Positions 25,705 to 38,099 of a DNA stretch of 64,000 bases are shown piece by piece. The stretch covers positions 16,864,001 to 16,928,000 of the forward strand of contig CM022673.1 in the NCBI GenBank assembly GCA_012295275.1. The letters are read 5' to 3'. The translations under genes were made by a program, and so were the position numbers. The stretch's first letter is position 1, and each line of letters begins with the position of its first letter. The notes under the pieces are model-generated. The model was given only the letters and a program-made list of their open reading frames with translations. It did not search any database and was not told the DNA's origin. The DNA comes from Chrysomallon squamiferum (Eukaryota > Animalia > Mollusca).

Positions 25705-28700
25705 CTGCAAAAAGAACACATCACATTTAGTAACCAAAATCAAAATCACAATGAGCAAAACAATATAGATTCTGAAATCATAAACACACAGAGTAACAAA
25801 ATGTTTCAATGTAAATATGAAATAAAATCACTAGATTTCTCTGGGAAGTAATCTTCAAACAGAAAAAAAAACAAAATAAAAAATAAAGGTAAAACAAATT
25901 TTTAAAATTTAAAAATTAAAATCTGTATACCAATACTGGAAACCATAAGAAAAAAACAATATAAAATTTATAAATTCAAATATACATTAAAGATAACTGA
26001 AAACACAACTAAAACACTTAATGTTAGTTTAAAAGTTTCTACACATACAGAGGTGCAGCCAGACACACAATGAGACACACATACAAATATGCATTGTCAC
26101 ACAAAAACACACAAACATGTAGATAAACATTCATACAAACACAGTGACATACATAAGTTTAAAAAGAAAGCTGTAATACAATTCTTATTCAAAATTTTTT
26201 TTTTTTTTTTTTTTATATTGACTGCTTTCAAACTGGTTTTGTCTGTATGTGCATGTTGTCTAAATGTTTGTGAAAAATGTGATAGAACAAGTTAATTGAG
26301 TGATCAGTTAGTGTCCAGTGTAGAAAGACAAAATGTCTGCAGGATAACTGGGGTGATCCATCAACGACCATGGCCAGATTGTTACGCAGGCAACCAGCAG
26401 CAAAATAAAACCAGATATTTCACCTCCAGCAGTGTTTATCACAATGTAATGTTGCTGTTTATGATGACTATTGTGACTGTTGTGATATTGGTAATGATAA
26501 CTGTGATGATGGGAATGATGACTGTGATTACAGTGAATAATGACGAATGATGATAATGATGATGATAAAAATAATTTTTAAAAGAAGAAATGAAAATAAA
26601 GAAAAATATATTATTTTTTGTTTGTTAAAATTAACAGACACTGAAATATTGAAAATGATAATGACTGTTAAAGTAAGAAACAAGATATATATATAAATAT
26701 AGTATTTTTAAAATATATATTAAAAAGGTACTGACATGTAGAGACAGACACCAAGACAGATAAGTTGAGTAGGTACATAAAAATAGGAATAATCAATGAA
26801 AAGTTTGAACAAGTTTGACAATATTATGTGTGACTCATCACTTATTTACATAAACTACTAATTAGTCAACATCTAATTAGCATATATCTATCCTACATTT
26901 TTAATAATAAATTCTATATTTTACAGTAAGAACAAAACACTTTCTAAAACATCACACATCTACATCAACTATTTATTTTTTCATATAATGTTAAGTCAAT
27001 GTAATAAAAAGAAAAACATTTTTTACAATCCTCTAAGAAATAAAGAATAACAGAAAAACTCATTGCAATATAAAGAAAAATACCATTATTGTATAGAGAA
27101 TTTAAAAAAAAGAACACACACACACAAAAAAAAAAAATCATTGGAATAAAAACTGAACTGAAAAAACAAATGATGTCTACAGATGACAATGAACTGAATA
27201 AGTTACAGATTAAACATACAAACTGAGAGGACTGCCGCTTTCCACTTTGTTAAGTAGCAAATCACTGAGTGACTGTTAGGTAAGCACAGACTAATGGACG
27301 CATGTCACGCTTTGTTTGAGAGCAATGTCTGTCCACTTTGCACAGACCAGCTGTATGTGTTCAGTGTAAAAGTCTTAATGAAAATACAAATACACCTGTC
27401 TGGTCGGGATTTAATTTTCTAATTATATATATCTGACTGATCAATAACAAATCAATCAGTCACTGATTACATAGGTTCAGATATATCTGTCATGGATGCA
27501 TAGTTGAGTAAATACAAGACTGACTGTCAACTACATTATTTTACAAGCACAGAGAAAGTATATACCAAGGTGTAAGATATTTCTGGTATGAAACGAATGT
27601 AACATACTGGCAAAACTGAACAATTTTTGGTATAATGATACCTTGTCACAGTTAATTATAATGGTGCCATAATTTAAAATTCTGCCTATTACCAGAGAAG
27701 ATATTTCTGTTATAATGATACCTCAGAACACGTATTTATCATTTTTGCCTGTAATAATCATCAGTAAAAATATGTATGCTTTTCTTAACTATTTTAAAAC
27801 ATGTCTTTGGCTGGAAAAGGAAACAAATCATCAGAGCCAAGTCAGCAAATCTGTTCTAGCTTTTTCATCCTCCACTGTTTGGCTGAGAAAATAACTGAAA
27901 TAACTTACTAATGCTGTGTATTAAACGTGTTATATACATGTAGTATCATTCGCTCAGTTATCCAACAGGTCTTGCTGTCATACACTGTTTATTGTATATC
28001 TCCTGGCTTTATCTTCCATGTGAAATGTTCAAGTGGACATCACCAAACACCCTTCATATCAAGTGTTTGCCCTTATCTTACCTGTGGATGGTAAAAACAC
28101 GTCTGATCTTGTACAGCTGTGAAAAGGGCCTGGGTGTAACCATTCGACAATCCTACAAATAATTATTTATTGGAACCAAATTTAAACTGACACATATCAA
28201 GGTTATATGTATGGACCAACGAAACCTGATATGTCAGAAGACTAAATAGCCAGGTTGTGTTTTAAAAAACTTGATAGTTAATTCACAATAACAATAGGCT
28301 TTAAAACACAGCCAAGTGTTGAGGAATCTACCACTCTGATTTATCTACGCACCTATCATTATGAGAGGTATTACACTGTCTGATATTCAAAAGGAGTGGA
28401 TGCATAATAAAGTGGAAACACTCACTCAGTGGGATTGGGGGGTGTTTATTTCAGTCAAGCAGGCTAAAACTTTATACACCAGTATAACAACAACAAGATC
28501 TGTAGTGTTATTTATTTCTGCCTGTATGCTAATTTATTTTATTACAGTCCTTTTTACAGCAATAAAAATAGTTCATTCACAAGTACAGAAAGGGGAATCT
28601 TTTAAAAGATGAAGAAGAAAAAAAAAAGAATCATACATTTTAAAAATTTGATCAGACAAAACAAAACAAAACAATTTAAAGAAAACAAATGGATATAAAT

Positions 28701-31329
28701 AACAGAAAGAAAAGAAGACAATAATAAAGTTAGAAAACTGCCAAAACTAATATAACTAAACCAAGTAATAGATTCAAATGATAAAAATAGCATAGCTATT
28801 ATCTGTTATATTAATTAAACAATATCACAGCATGAAGTATTTAGTTGTAACATCTGTCTGCTTGTATGATATATTCTGTATATCATTCTTTTTGTCAACA
28901 CTTTCGTATGAAACAGTAATGTCCATTTTTAATAAAGATCAGTCCACATCTTCCTAAATCCTAAAATATTTTCATTTCCAAAGTTTTGTTCCTATTTGCT
29001 TTTCCAGTTTAAATAATTTATCCACAACCCCGACTTTTAATTTGTCAACATCCAGCCAAATAGTTAAGATATTTGGAAAACAAATTGAATGTTTACTCTT
29101 CCGACTTCTCGTACTTAAAGCAGCCATGTTAATATTTGTTTGTATCCTTTCAGCTGGTCCATTTCACTTCCTTCATCACTGGAGTCACAGGCTCAATGAT
29201 TATAGCTCTCAGTCTGAGCTGTGATCTGACATAAGATCAATCCTCATTAGTACTCCCTGTTGGACAACTTCACACTGCAGTGATGACTTCCTTATCAAGC
29301 ACTATGCTTTCATGTTTGTACAAGGGTACATGCAAAATATTTCATGTGCTAATAGATGAAGAATAATATATGGTGACAACTTAGAACTGACGTCTAATAA
29401 CCATTAAATTTACTGTATTGATGAGTCATTCATTCAGTGACAATGAAAACATCAGGAATAGTCTGTGAAAAAGTTAGAAAATTTTATATTATTTAAGAAT
29501 GATTATTGCGTTATCTGTATTGTAACTTTAAAATTCATAACAGTTATTTAATATTTCATGGAATATCATCATACCACGTTTTGCAGTTGGCAGGTATTGT
29601 TTAATAATGCTTTAGCAGCAGGGTACACCATAATTCATCTACAGTTTAGAAATGCCTGTAGATCTTAAAACAACATTTCTTGTTTCTTACTGAATCCACA
29701 ATCTCACTAGTCTTTTTGCTTCCATCAGTCCACCACAGGCATACTTACACAAGTGTCTAACAGAAACAGCAAAATCAAGCAGAATCCACCGGCCTGCATT
29801 CCTAACAAGCATTACACTGTTTGTGGACAGGGAAATGGGTGGGAAGTGCAATGTCAGCATGAAAAGTACATAAAAATGAGCTAATTTAGCTCAAACAGAC
29901 CCAGTTACAATAATATTTTTCCTAACACTTCAAAGAAAACATTGAAAAAAAGAAGAAAAGAGAGGAGCCATCCTATACCAATAGTCACATTCAATAAACA
30001 AGCACAGACTAATCAGCCTTCCACACAGGTGAGACTGTCAACATGATCAGATGGAAAGAAGAAGAAGGTGAATTCAGATATTTGTATTATTCTCACTTTA
30101 GCTTTGTGGACAAGTGGCAATACCTGCAGGTTAGACTTCTGGACTCAACAGTGATTCAAATGAAAAGAAGTTATAAATGACCTTGTAAGGACACTTCCAT
30201 TTAGTTTACTATTAACAGCTGTAAGGCTTTAAAAACAAAAACAAAATGTATAAATTTTTATGATAATAATATTATTGGAACATGTATCATATCTTGAACA
30301 GCCTGTATTACTCTGCAACCAAGAACTAATAAGTAAATGTGATGATTTCTTTTTGTAATACTCCTGTAGTTAGAAAATCTTGTCCGTATTGCACTTTCAT
30401 TTTAATTAATCAGGACTTGATACAGACTTAATGGATTAAGAAATGATCCTACCTGTTTATTACTATAATCCAGTGCTATGTTGATACTGTGTTAACCATA
30501 ACAGCTATAAAGCAGTGGCATACTGATAGCCATAAACCTTAGTACCATCTAGCATCCACAAATCCTAGCACCATCCTAACAAGAATTAATTCTTCAACCA
30601 TCCTAACATCCTAGAATTATGCTGATAGGCATAAACCCTTTTAACTCTCACTGGCATCATAAATCCTAACACCCCATAATGTCCATAACCCTAGCAGCAT
30701 GTGATAAGGATTGTCATAACCCCTAGTTAATAGTTATAACCACCAGCACCAAACTAATAGATAGCCATAACCTTTAGCACCATATTGATAGTCATTAAGC
30801 CTACAGTAAAACAGTGTGTAAACTTCTATGACATGAGAAGCAGGCAAAAACACTTTGCCAGTCAACTGACAATTTCTTTTTTCTTTGATTTTTTAACAAA
30901 ACAATTCAACCTAATTAAGTAGCCAGGAAGTTTTGTTGTGTTGAAAAAGACAAATTCATCTTTATCTTTGTCAGTCAGCTAGTTGATAAAGATCAATAAA
31001 TGTAAAAGCAAGGATGTCTCTGAAGTAATGCACTTGTGAAGTGGATACTTTGTCAGTTCACAGCTGGTGGCTCTTCATGTCCTCTGATCATCTCAATTTA
31101 CATCATTTGTGGTCCCTGATCATTTCAACTCTGTCACCATGCAACCAAGTTTAATACATTCAAACACTGACCGAGACAGAAATTCTTTGTTTTTGCATGT
31201 TTCAGACTCATTAGTAAGAGAAAACAGATTCGTGTGTTAGTGTTGCAGCTCTGATATGCAACCAGGCTGTAATAAAATATTTATTGTCAATGTCCGGTAA
31301 CTTAAAAGGATTTGGATGCTGCTTGAATG

Positions 31330-31545
31330 AATAAATGAATATTTGTTTTAATGGTACCTCAACACATTCTGATTTCAATCAATATCAAGCCTTGAATGTG
31401 GTTCTGTGTATTAATGATATGAAAGGGGAAACCTGCTGTGTCTGCTTTCACTTGTAATGATTAACAACAAAGAGTGTGTAAAACCACCTTCCAGAAGACA
31501 GGAACACACAGAGCTTTGAAGCACCTGCTAGTGTAGTCGCGTTGT
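31330..31545 (-). mobile_element. Degenerate SINE-like remnant (reverse orientation)
   Basis: tttaatggtacctcaacacattc...ggggaaacctgctg...agacaggaacacacagagctttga parallels the motif order of the 44.4-kb copy. Weaker similar fragments lie at ~305-360, ~12600-12785 and ~13045-13150. Confidence 0.4.
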
Positions 31546-33229
31546 CACAAAAACAATGTGTAGTGTACAAAGCTATCGTTTCATCATATAACAGATAAGA
31601 TAAACAAACTGATGAAGGATAATGAAAAACAATAACAACAACAACAATAATGATCAGAATAATAACAATGATAATAATGATAATGATGATGATATTGTAG
31701 TAGATGTAGTAATAATAAGAAGGACAAGATGACAAAGAAGAAAAAGAAGAAATTAGAATAAGAACAAATTAACAAATAAATGTTTTAACAGCCTGTAAAA
31801 TCAATTAACATTTTCCTCACAACTTTTCTTTAAACATATTTTAATCATTAGCACCCAAAATATCTCACTTCTTTAAAACATAAATCTCATTTTACTCTGC
31901 CATTGCACTGAACAGTAATAACTTTTTTTTAACCTATCAACTTTAAATTGGTGACAAGATGGTTTGATGAAGAACATAAATGTTTACTCAATTTCTGAAT
32001 TTGTTTTTTTGTTTAGTTTTTTCCCCCTCATTTTCTCATAATTATGTCCTCTTGTAATAAAATCTTTAGAGCTGACAGTTTTGTCTGTGTGAACATTATT
32101 TATTAATAGAAAAAAAAATGAAGACTAATTTAATAGAACTTGGAAGCAGGTAATTTTCTTTGTATTAAAGTGTGTGTCTTCTGAATGCTGCCAGATTTTA
32201 TAACAGAAATGTGTTAATTAATTTCCTCTTTCAAATTTAATTTTTTATTATTATTTTTTTTACACATGGGTATTATGGTTAATTTAATTTCTTTGGGGAT
32301 CAAAAAAAAGAAGAAAAAAAGAGAACTGTAATGAATTACCTGTTGGAGTGATTTCTTTTAAAAAGTAGTCTCTATTGAAATATACAGGTAAGGTTAAAGT
32401 TAAATGTAAGAGGATATATAAAGCAAACAATAAAAATACAAGTAAGAATAAATTTACAGGTAAGACAAATATCTAAATTACAGGCAAATACCATTTTAAA
32501 ATAATTTTTTATATAATCCCATTTTATGTTTTTAGAACCTGCTTATGCCAGTATTATAATATTTAATTCAACATTTTTTAGAAAATAATTTCTGATTAAA
32601 ATGTGAATGTTAATGTATCTTAAATGTCAGACTGTTATAACATTAAGCAATATGGTTAAATATGTTTTAAAAAATAAATATAAATCTTTTGTTAAAAAAA
32701 AAAAAAAATCAGTTGTAATGAGTGAAAAAAGGTATTGTTTTCAGTATATTTTTACAAAATATAAATTAATCACTTAAAATAATTGTTTTTCTTGTTTAAA
32801 AATCCCCAAGCAGGCCTCCCTAATTGTGTGAAAGATGGGAGGAGAGAGGGAATGTGTGATCTTGCACTGAAACATACCTAGCACAAAGCAGCCGTCAATG
32901 AAGCGTCAGTTAAATTGAAGGTTTCACTTTCAGGGTACCTGTAGAAAAATACCCACTAACCATTGGTTACGCAAGTTATTGGCCGGCCAGCTGTTTGACC
33001 ATGAAATTAGCCCATTGTAGTGTGTGAGCTAACCGACTGACCAGACGTACTTAGCACTTAATATCAATTACGTAATAGATTATAGCTCATTCAGTGCGGC
33101 ACTCCTCTCTAATTTGCCTATACACTAAAGGCATGAAGACTGTTTAAATACAAGTGGTATCTTTTAATGCAGTGACATAAAAATTACAGTCAGCTTTCTC
33201 TTGGTGAGACAGTGCAGTCAGTGTCCATA

Positions 33230-33480
33230 AATTAGCAGCTGAATGTAGCTGAATGGTTTGAATGCTTGACTCAAGGGTGCAGGATTGTAAGATCAACCCT
33301 CTCTTTTGACTGTAGATTATTTTCCATTCAAGCCAAGGCCAATAACTGCTCTATAATAAAGGTCATGGTAAATGTGTCCTTGTATATTGAAAGATACTTT
33401 AAAAAAAAAAAAAAAATTGCTATAACTATTCAAAGATTTCCATGAATCAGTTGCATCATGTTTCCTCTGTTTATATTAAA
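33230..33480 (+). mobile_element. Highly degenerate tRNA-derived SINE-like copy
   Basis: tgtagctgaatggtttgaatgcttgactcaagggtgcaggattgtaagatcaaccc resembles a tRNA head (A-box, decayed B-box), followed by ttccattc...gtttcctct motifs similar to the 24.6-kb copy. Confidence 0.45.
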
Positions 33481-35850
33481 TCAATGATAAATCAATCTAT
33501 GTACCAGATGGTACTCAACACTGGCTGGATGAACAGACTGGTTGACAAATAGGCAGGAAAAAAGGAAAACAAATTTCACCTAAAATACAGAGGACAAGAA
33601 AATTGTTTCAGTTAAAGATGGATAGATGGTTAGCTGGAAGATAGTATAGATGGGTAAATCCACTTATGCAAAATACAAAATAAACATTCAGTAAATATTA
33701 ATAAAATGGACCTGTAAATCTGTTGCATTCTTTTTCATTTATTTTCATTAGGTTTCTTAATGTGTTACCAGGCACTATGATTATTAATAAAGATTTAATT
33801 TTATTTTGTAAGTTTGTGTCCTCTCCCTACCAGGGCCCCTCACTTCAAGCCTCAGGGCAGTTTTGACTGGTGGGACAGCAAGATGCCTGACCGAATTAAG
33901 AGCACCATACCTGGCAGTAACCCAGCGATGTTCATTTAGCACACCTGCTGTTATAATTACCTCAAACATCACACCTGTATAAGATACACAGGTGAAAATT
34001 GCATACGGAATTCATTACGGTGCAACATTATCATACATTAAAAAATTTAACTCAAGATATATAAATTTCAGTGAAATTTTAAAACATTTCTGATTTGCTG
34101 TTGTTGTTTCAGCTATTCGTGTCTCTGCCTGCCCTGTCACTGATGTCCACGTACATAAATTAACCACGGTGCTGGCTGGGCACAATGCAGGATAAGTTCT
34201 GATTTTTCTACGCAAGCTTTGCGAAGAAGAATGGTGAATTGAAACACTCTTGTGACATCAGCCTCGTGAAGAGATTAAACTTTATTTTCTTCACTTTAGA
34301 CAATGATTTACAGCATAAAGACTCTAATGACAACAAGAGATACAGAAAAAACCCAGTCCTGTCAAAAGTTATAAAAAAAAAAAAAAAAAAGAAAGAAGTG
34401 TTTTAGTCAAGTTCACAGGAGGTTAATAATACAGCATTCCTGAAGAGTTTTCTATTTCACGTTTGAAAAGCTCGCTGAACAAAGTGTGTCCAGTGGAGAA
34501 GTACCTGGTCGTCCCATCCTCAGACAGATTCAACTGTTAGCAAAAAAATCAAAAGAGTTTCTCTTTCTCTCTCTCTCCTTTTGTATCCAGTCCTAACAAA
34601 TATGTACACTTGAGAAATGATTAACTATTCTATATTTCAGAACGATATGGTGATGTCAATGAAGAAGCCATATTCAATAGACCCATGTTTGGTTTTTCAG
34701 CTATTTGTTGCTCACAATACGTGATAGAAGAACACTCTTGAGTTCACTTTGAACAGATTTACAGGACAATAACAATAAAGATGATGAAAATAATAATAAT
34801 GATAATAAGAATGAAGATGACGGTGATGTCAAAAATATGGATAAATAATAACAATAATCGTAGTAAGGGTGATGATGATGATGATAATTTGTTATAGTGG
34901 TAGTAGTGATGACAATAGCAACCACAACAGCATTAAAATAAAAATCAGACTATTTTACAGGCACTTGCAGACACGTTTTTCACCCAGAAACAAGAAATGA
35001 AATTTATCAGTGAACAAACAAGAGCCCATTCATTCAAAGAGTATTTATCTTCATGTTTCCTTGGTAACCATTCTTTGCAAGACCTGCTAATGTGGCTTAA
35101 TGTGATATATTTGAAATTTTGAACATAGATAATTTTACTGCATTAGGTTTTGGTAAATAAATCAATTTACTATAGTTTATTTATTTATGAATATTTTTTG
35201 GTACTTGTATCATTAATGAGAATAAACAAACACATTAAGTAATTTAAACTTTAAAAAAAGTTTTAGAATATATACAGTGAAATATTTAAAAGAAAATAGT
35301 AACAACAACAACAACCATTGTTGTACTACTACTACTACTACTAATAATAATAATTTTACACAATTCTTTTATTTCTCTAACAAAAATAAGTATTAAAAAT
35401 TAGTAAAAAGAAGAAAAGGCAATGGTATTTTCAGCTGCTGTGTGACTATACCAGTCTGTACTGTCAGGTACAGGCAGGCTGCGAGTTTATCATTTCCACC
35501 TGAGGATGTAGCAGGTACTTGGTAAATTACAGGTGTGACCTGAGCTATACATTCCTCCCAGGATTACTAATCACTGGTGACTGTCCCATCATGTATTTTA
35601 ACAGGTAATGTTTCAGGTAAACAAACAAGCAAGTTTTAGGCTTGGTATTTAATATGACTGTTTAACTTTCTAGCATTTATCAGTTTGTAAAATGGCATTT
35701 TAGAAAAAAAAAAAAATAACAAATAAACAAATTAAAAAAACAATAACAAATCAACAATAAATAAATAAATAAATACATTTTAAGCTGATATCAGTTTCTT
35801 GCTCTGCATTCAGTTTTTTCCAACTATGACCAATATATATATATATATAA

Positions 35851-35890
<40 letters not shown>

Positions 35891-36172
35891 CAACAATAAC
35901 AATAATAAATAAATAAATAAATAAACACAAATTTAAACAAATGTAAAAATTAAAAATTAAATAAATAAATAAATAAAACAAAAAAAGAAAAAAGAAAAAT
36001 GCGAAATTTAATCTCACTATTAAATTTTGATGTTGTTTTGTGTTATACATGCCTTACAGTTAAATATTTTTGCATTTGTAACAAAAAATATATAAATATA
36101 TGTAAGGTATAGAATTTACATTTTAAAAAATAATTGGTCCCTCTCACAGAATAAAGAAACAATTATATCAAA

Positions 36173-36223
<51 letters not shown>

Positions 36224-37233
36224 ATACATATATAAACAAACAAACAAACAAATAAATAAATATAGTTTTTATTTAAGACAAACTATGGTAGGTATCAAGG
36301 GAGTAATCAAATTTCACCCACATGCAGTATTTTGTTCTCAGCATGAACAGTAAATGACAGGTAATCATCCTTTTCAATGTTATGAATCGGCGAGGCATAC
36401 GTTTTATAGATTTACCAACTTCAAGTAGGTCATCAGCTTAAAGAATCAACATTACCTGTTTGTTCAGTTGTAACCAAACATCAAAGGCTAATTAAATTTC
36501 TAAGGTGGTTTTTTGGTGGTTTTTAAATTTATTTGTTGATAAAAAGAACTGAAACATTTGATATTAAGATTTAAAAAAAAGAAAGAAATAGAAAACCAAG
36601 TATTTAATTTCTTTGGCCTAACTGTTTTGAGAATACATAAAACAAAATATATTAACATTTTATTCTGGAATGGAGTAAAAAAAAAAAAAGGATAAGAAGA
36701 AATGAATACCAAAACTGTAAAATATATATATATATAAAAATGAATGAAAAATGTAGACATAAATGTAGATTAAAAAATATACTAAAAAATAAATAAAAAG
36801 ATTGTGAAAATATGCAGAGAATGCTAAAACAATTTAAACTATGCAGAGAGTAAATAAAAACATTCAGCTGAACTATCAGTGTTCTGTTTTAGAGAAATAT
36901 TCACAGAATGATACAAAGTGAAATTTGAGTAAACGACTACCTGGTCAGATGACACCTGTCAACAGACATATATCTACAACCAGGTAGATCTACACCTGAC
37001 AAAATCTGAAATAAACAAACTTGCCAAAATGTTGAAAAACTCAAGAAAAGAAGAAAAAAGAACAAGAAAATGTTGATAAACATTAAAATACTGACCATGA
37101 CTGAGAGAAAACCACACTCAGGTATGATGGGTGACAACAGGTAAAATATCTACACTACCTACATGGGTCAGGTAAACACTCGATGAGAGAGAAGAGGGAA
37201 AAAAAAAAAAGAAAAAAAAAAAAGTGTACAGAC

Positions 37234-37362
37234 CTGTTGTAAATCGTCCATACGTCCACACTCACTAATGGGTGGTGAGCTTGCTTGCATTGCACATAAT
37301 CCAGTGTGAGGTAAATCTACCAAATACACTTGGCCCTGCCTTATTGAATAGCACAGAGACAT
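37234..37362 (-). CDS. Candidate upstream (alternative first) coding exon of the RBMS/shep-like gene: MSLCYSIRQGQVYLVDLPHTGLCAMQASSPPISECGRMDDLQQ
   Basis: Lies in a GC/CpG-rich island. It ends CAACAG|gtctgt in phase 0 followed by a U-run, so it would join exon A in frame ([14 protein letters not shown]). I recognise no homology, so support is only splice signal, phase and composition. Confidence 0.4.
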
Positions 37363-37980
37363 TGCCTGGTGAACAGGTACTGTCCGAAATGTCTGTCTGT
37401 CCTGGCTGCTGTCCGAGAGCCCCACTACTACAGGAGCATGTACGAGGATTGTGAGACCTGCGTCAAGTTGACTGGATAGCTGCCGTGTTCCACATCACAG
37501 CACGGAAAAGATCAAGTCAGGCTGGGAGTTGCTGGAGCGGGCGATCGCCAGCCACATAGACTTGCTACCGGGTCACGGGACAATGGGAAAAATAGTTGTG
37601 GTGGTTGAAATAAAAAAACACAGAGAGATTGACACCATCTGAGAGAAAATAGTTGTATTTGTGAGGGAAAATGTTAATTTATTTGCTTCTCTGCAGTTCA
37701 GCATGAAAGGAGTAATTGAAAATGAGGTTTTGATGATGTTGGTTTATCTGATAAAGTGCATCTTGGAGTGTATAATTACATTTATGTTCATTGTGGATTT
37801 AATGTCCTCAACAGGGCTCCATAACTGGAGAACACAGGTGTCATCTGAACTACTTAGTAGTGTTTGTCTTATATTAAATAACTTTGTGTCTTATGTTATC
37901 TGTATGAATAAGAATGTGTGTATATGTGAATATTAATGAGAAAGAAATAAACTGATATTCACACATATACATAGAGCTGT

Positions 37981-38099
<119 letters not shown>

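Noticed and set aside
25705-25809. Hydrophobic N-terminus of ORF 25540-25809 resembling a signal peptide or TM helix
   Set aside because: Translated U-rich intron and polypyrimidine tract preceding the acceptor.
37495-37575. In-frame TGA codons as selenocysteine
   Set aside because: No selenoprotein-like context, RBMS proteins are not known selenoproteins, and a SECIS element cannot be evaluated because the 3'UTR is outside the window.
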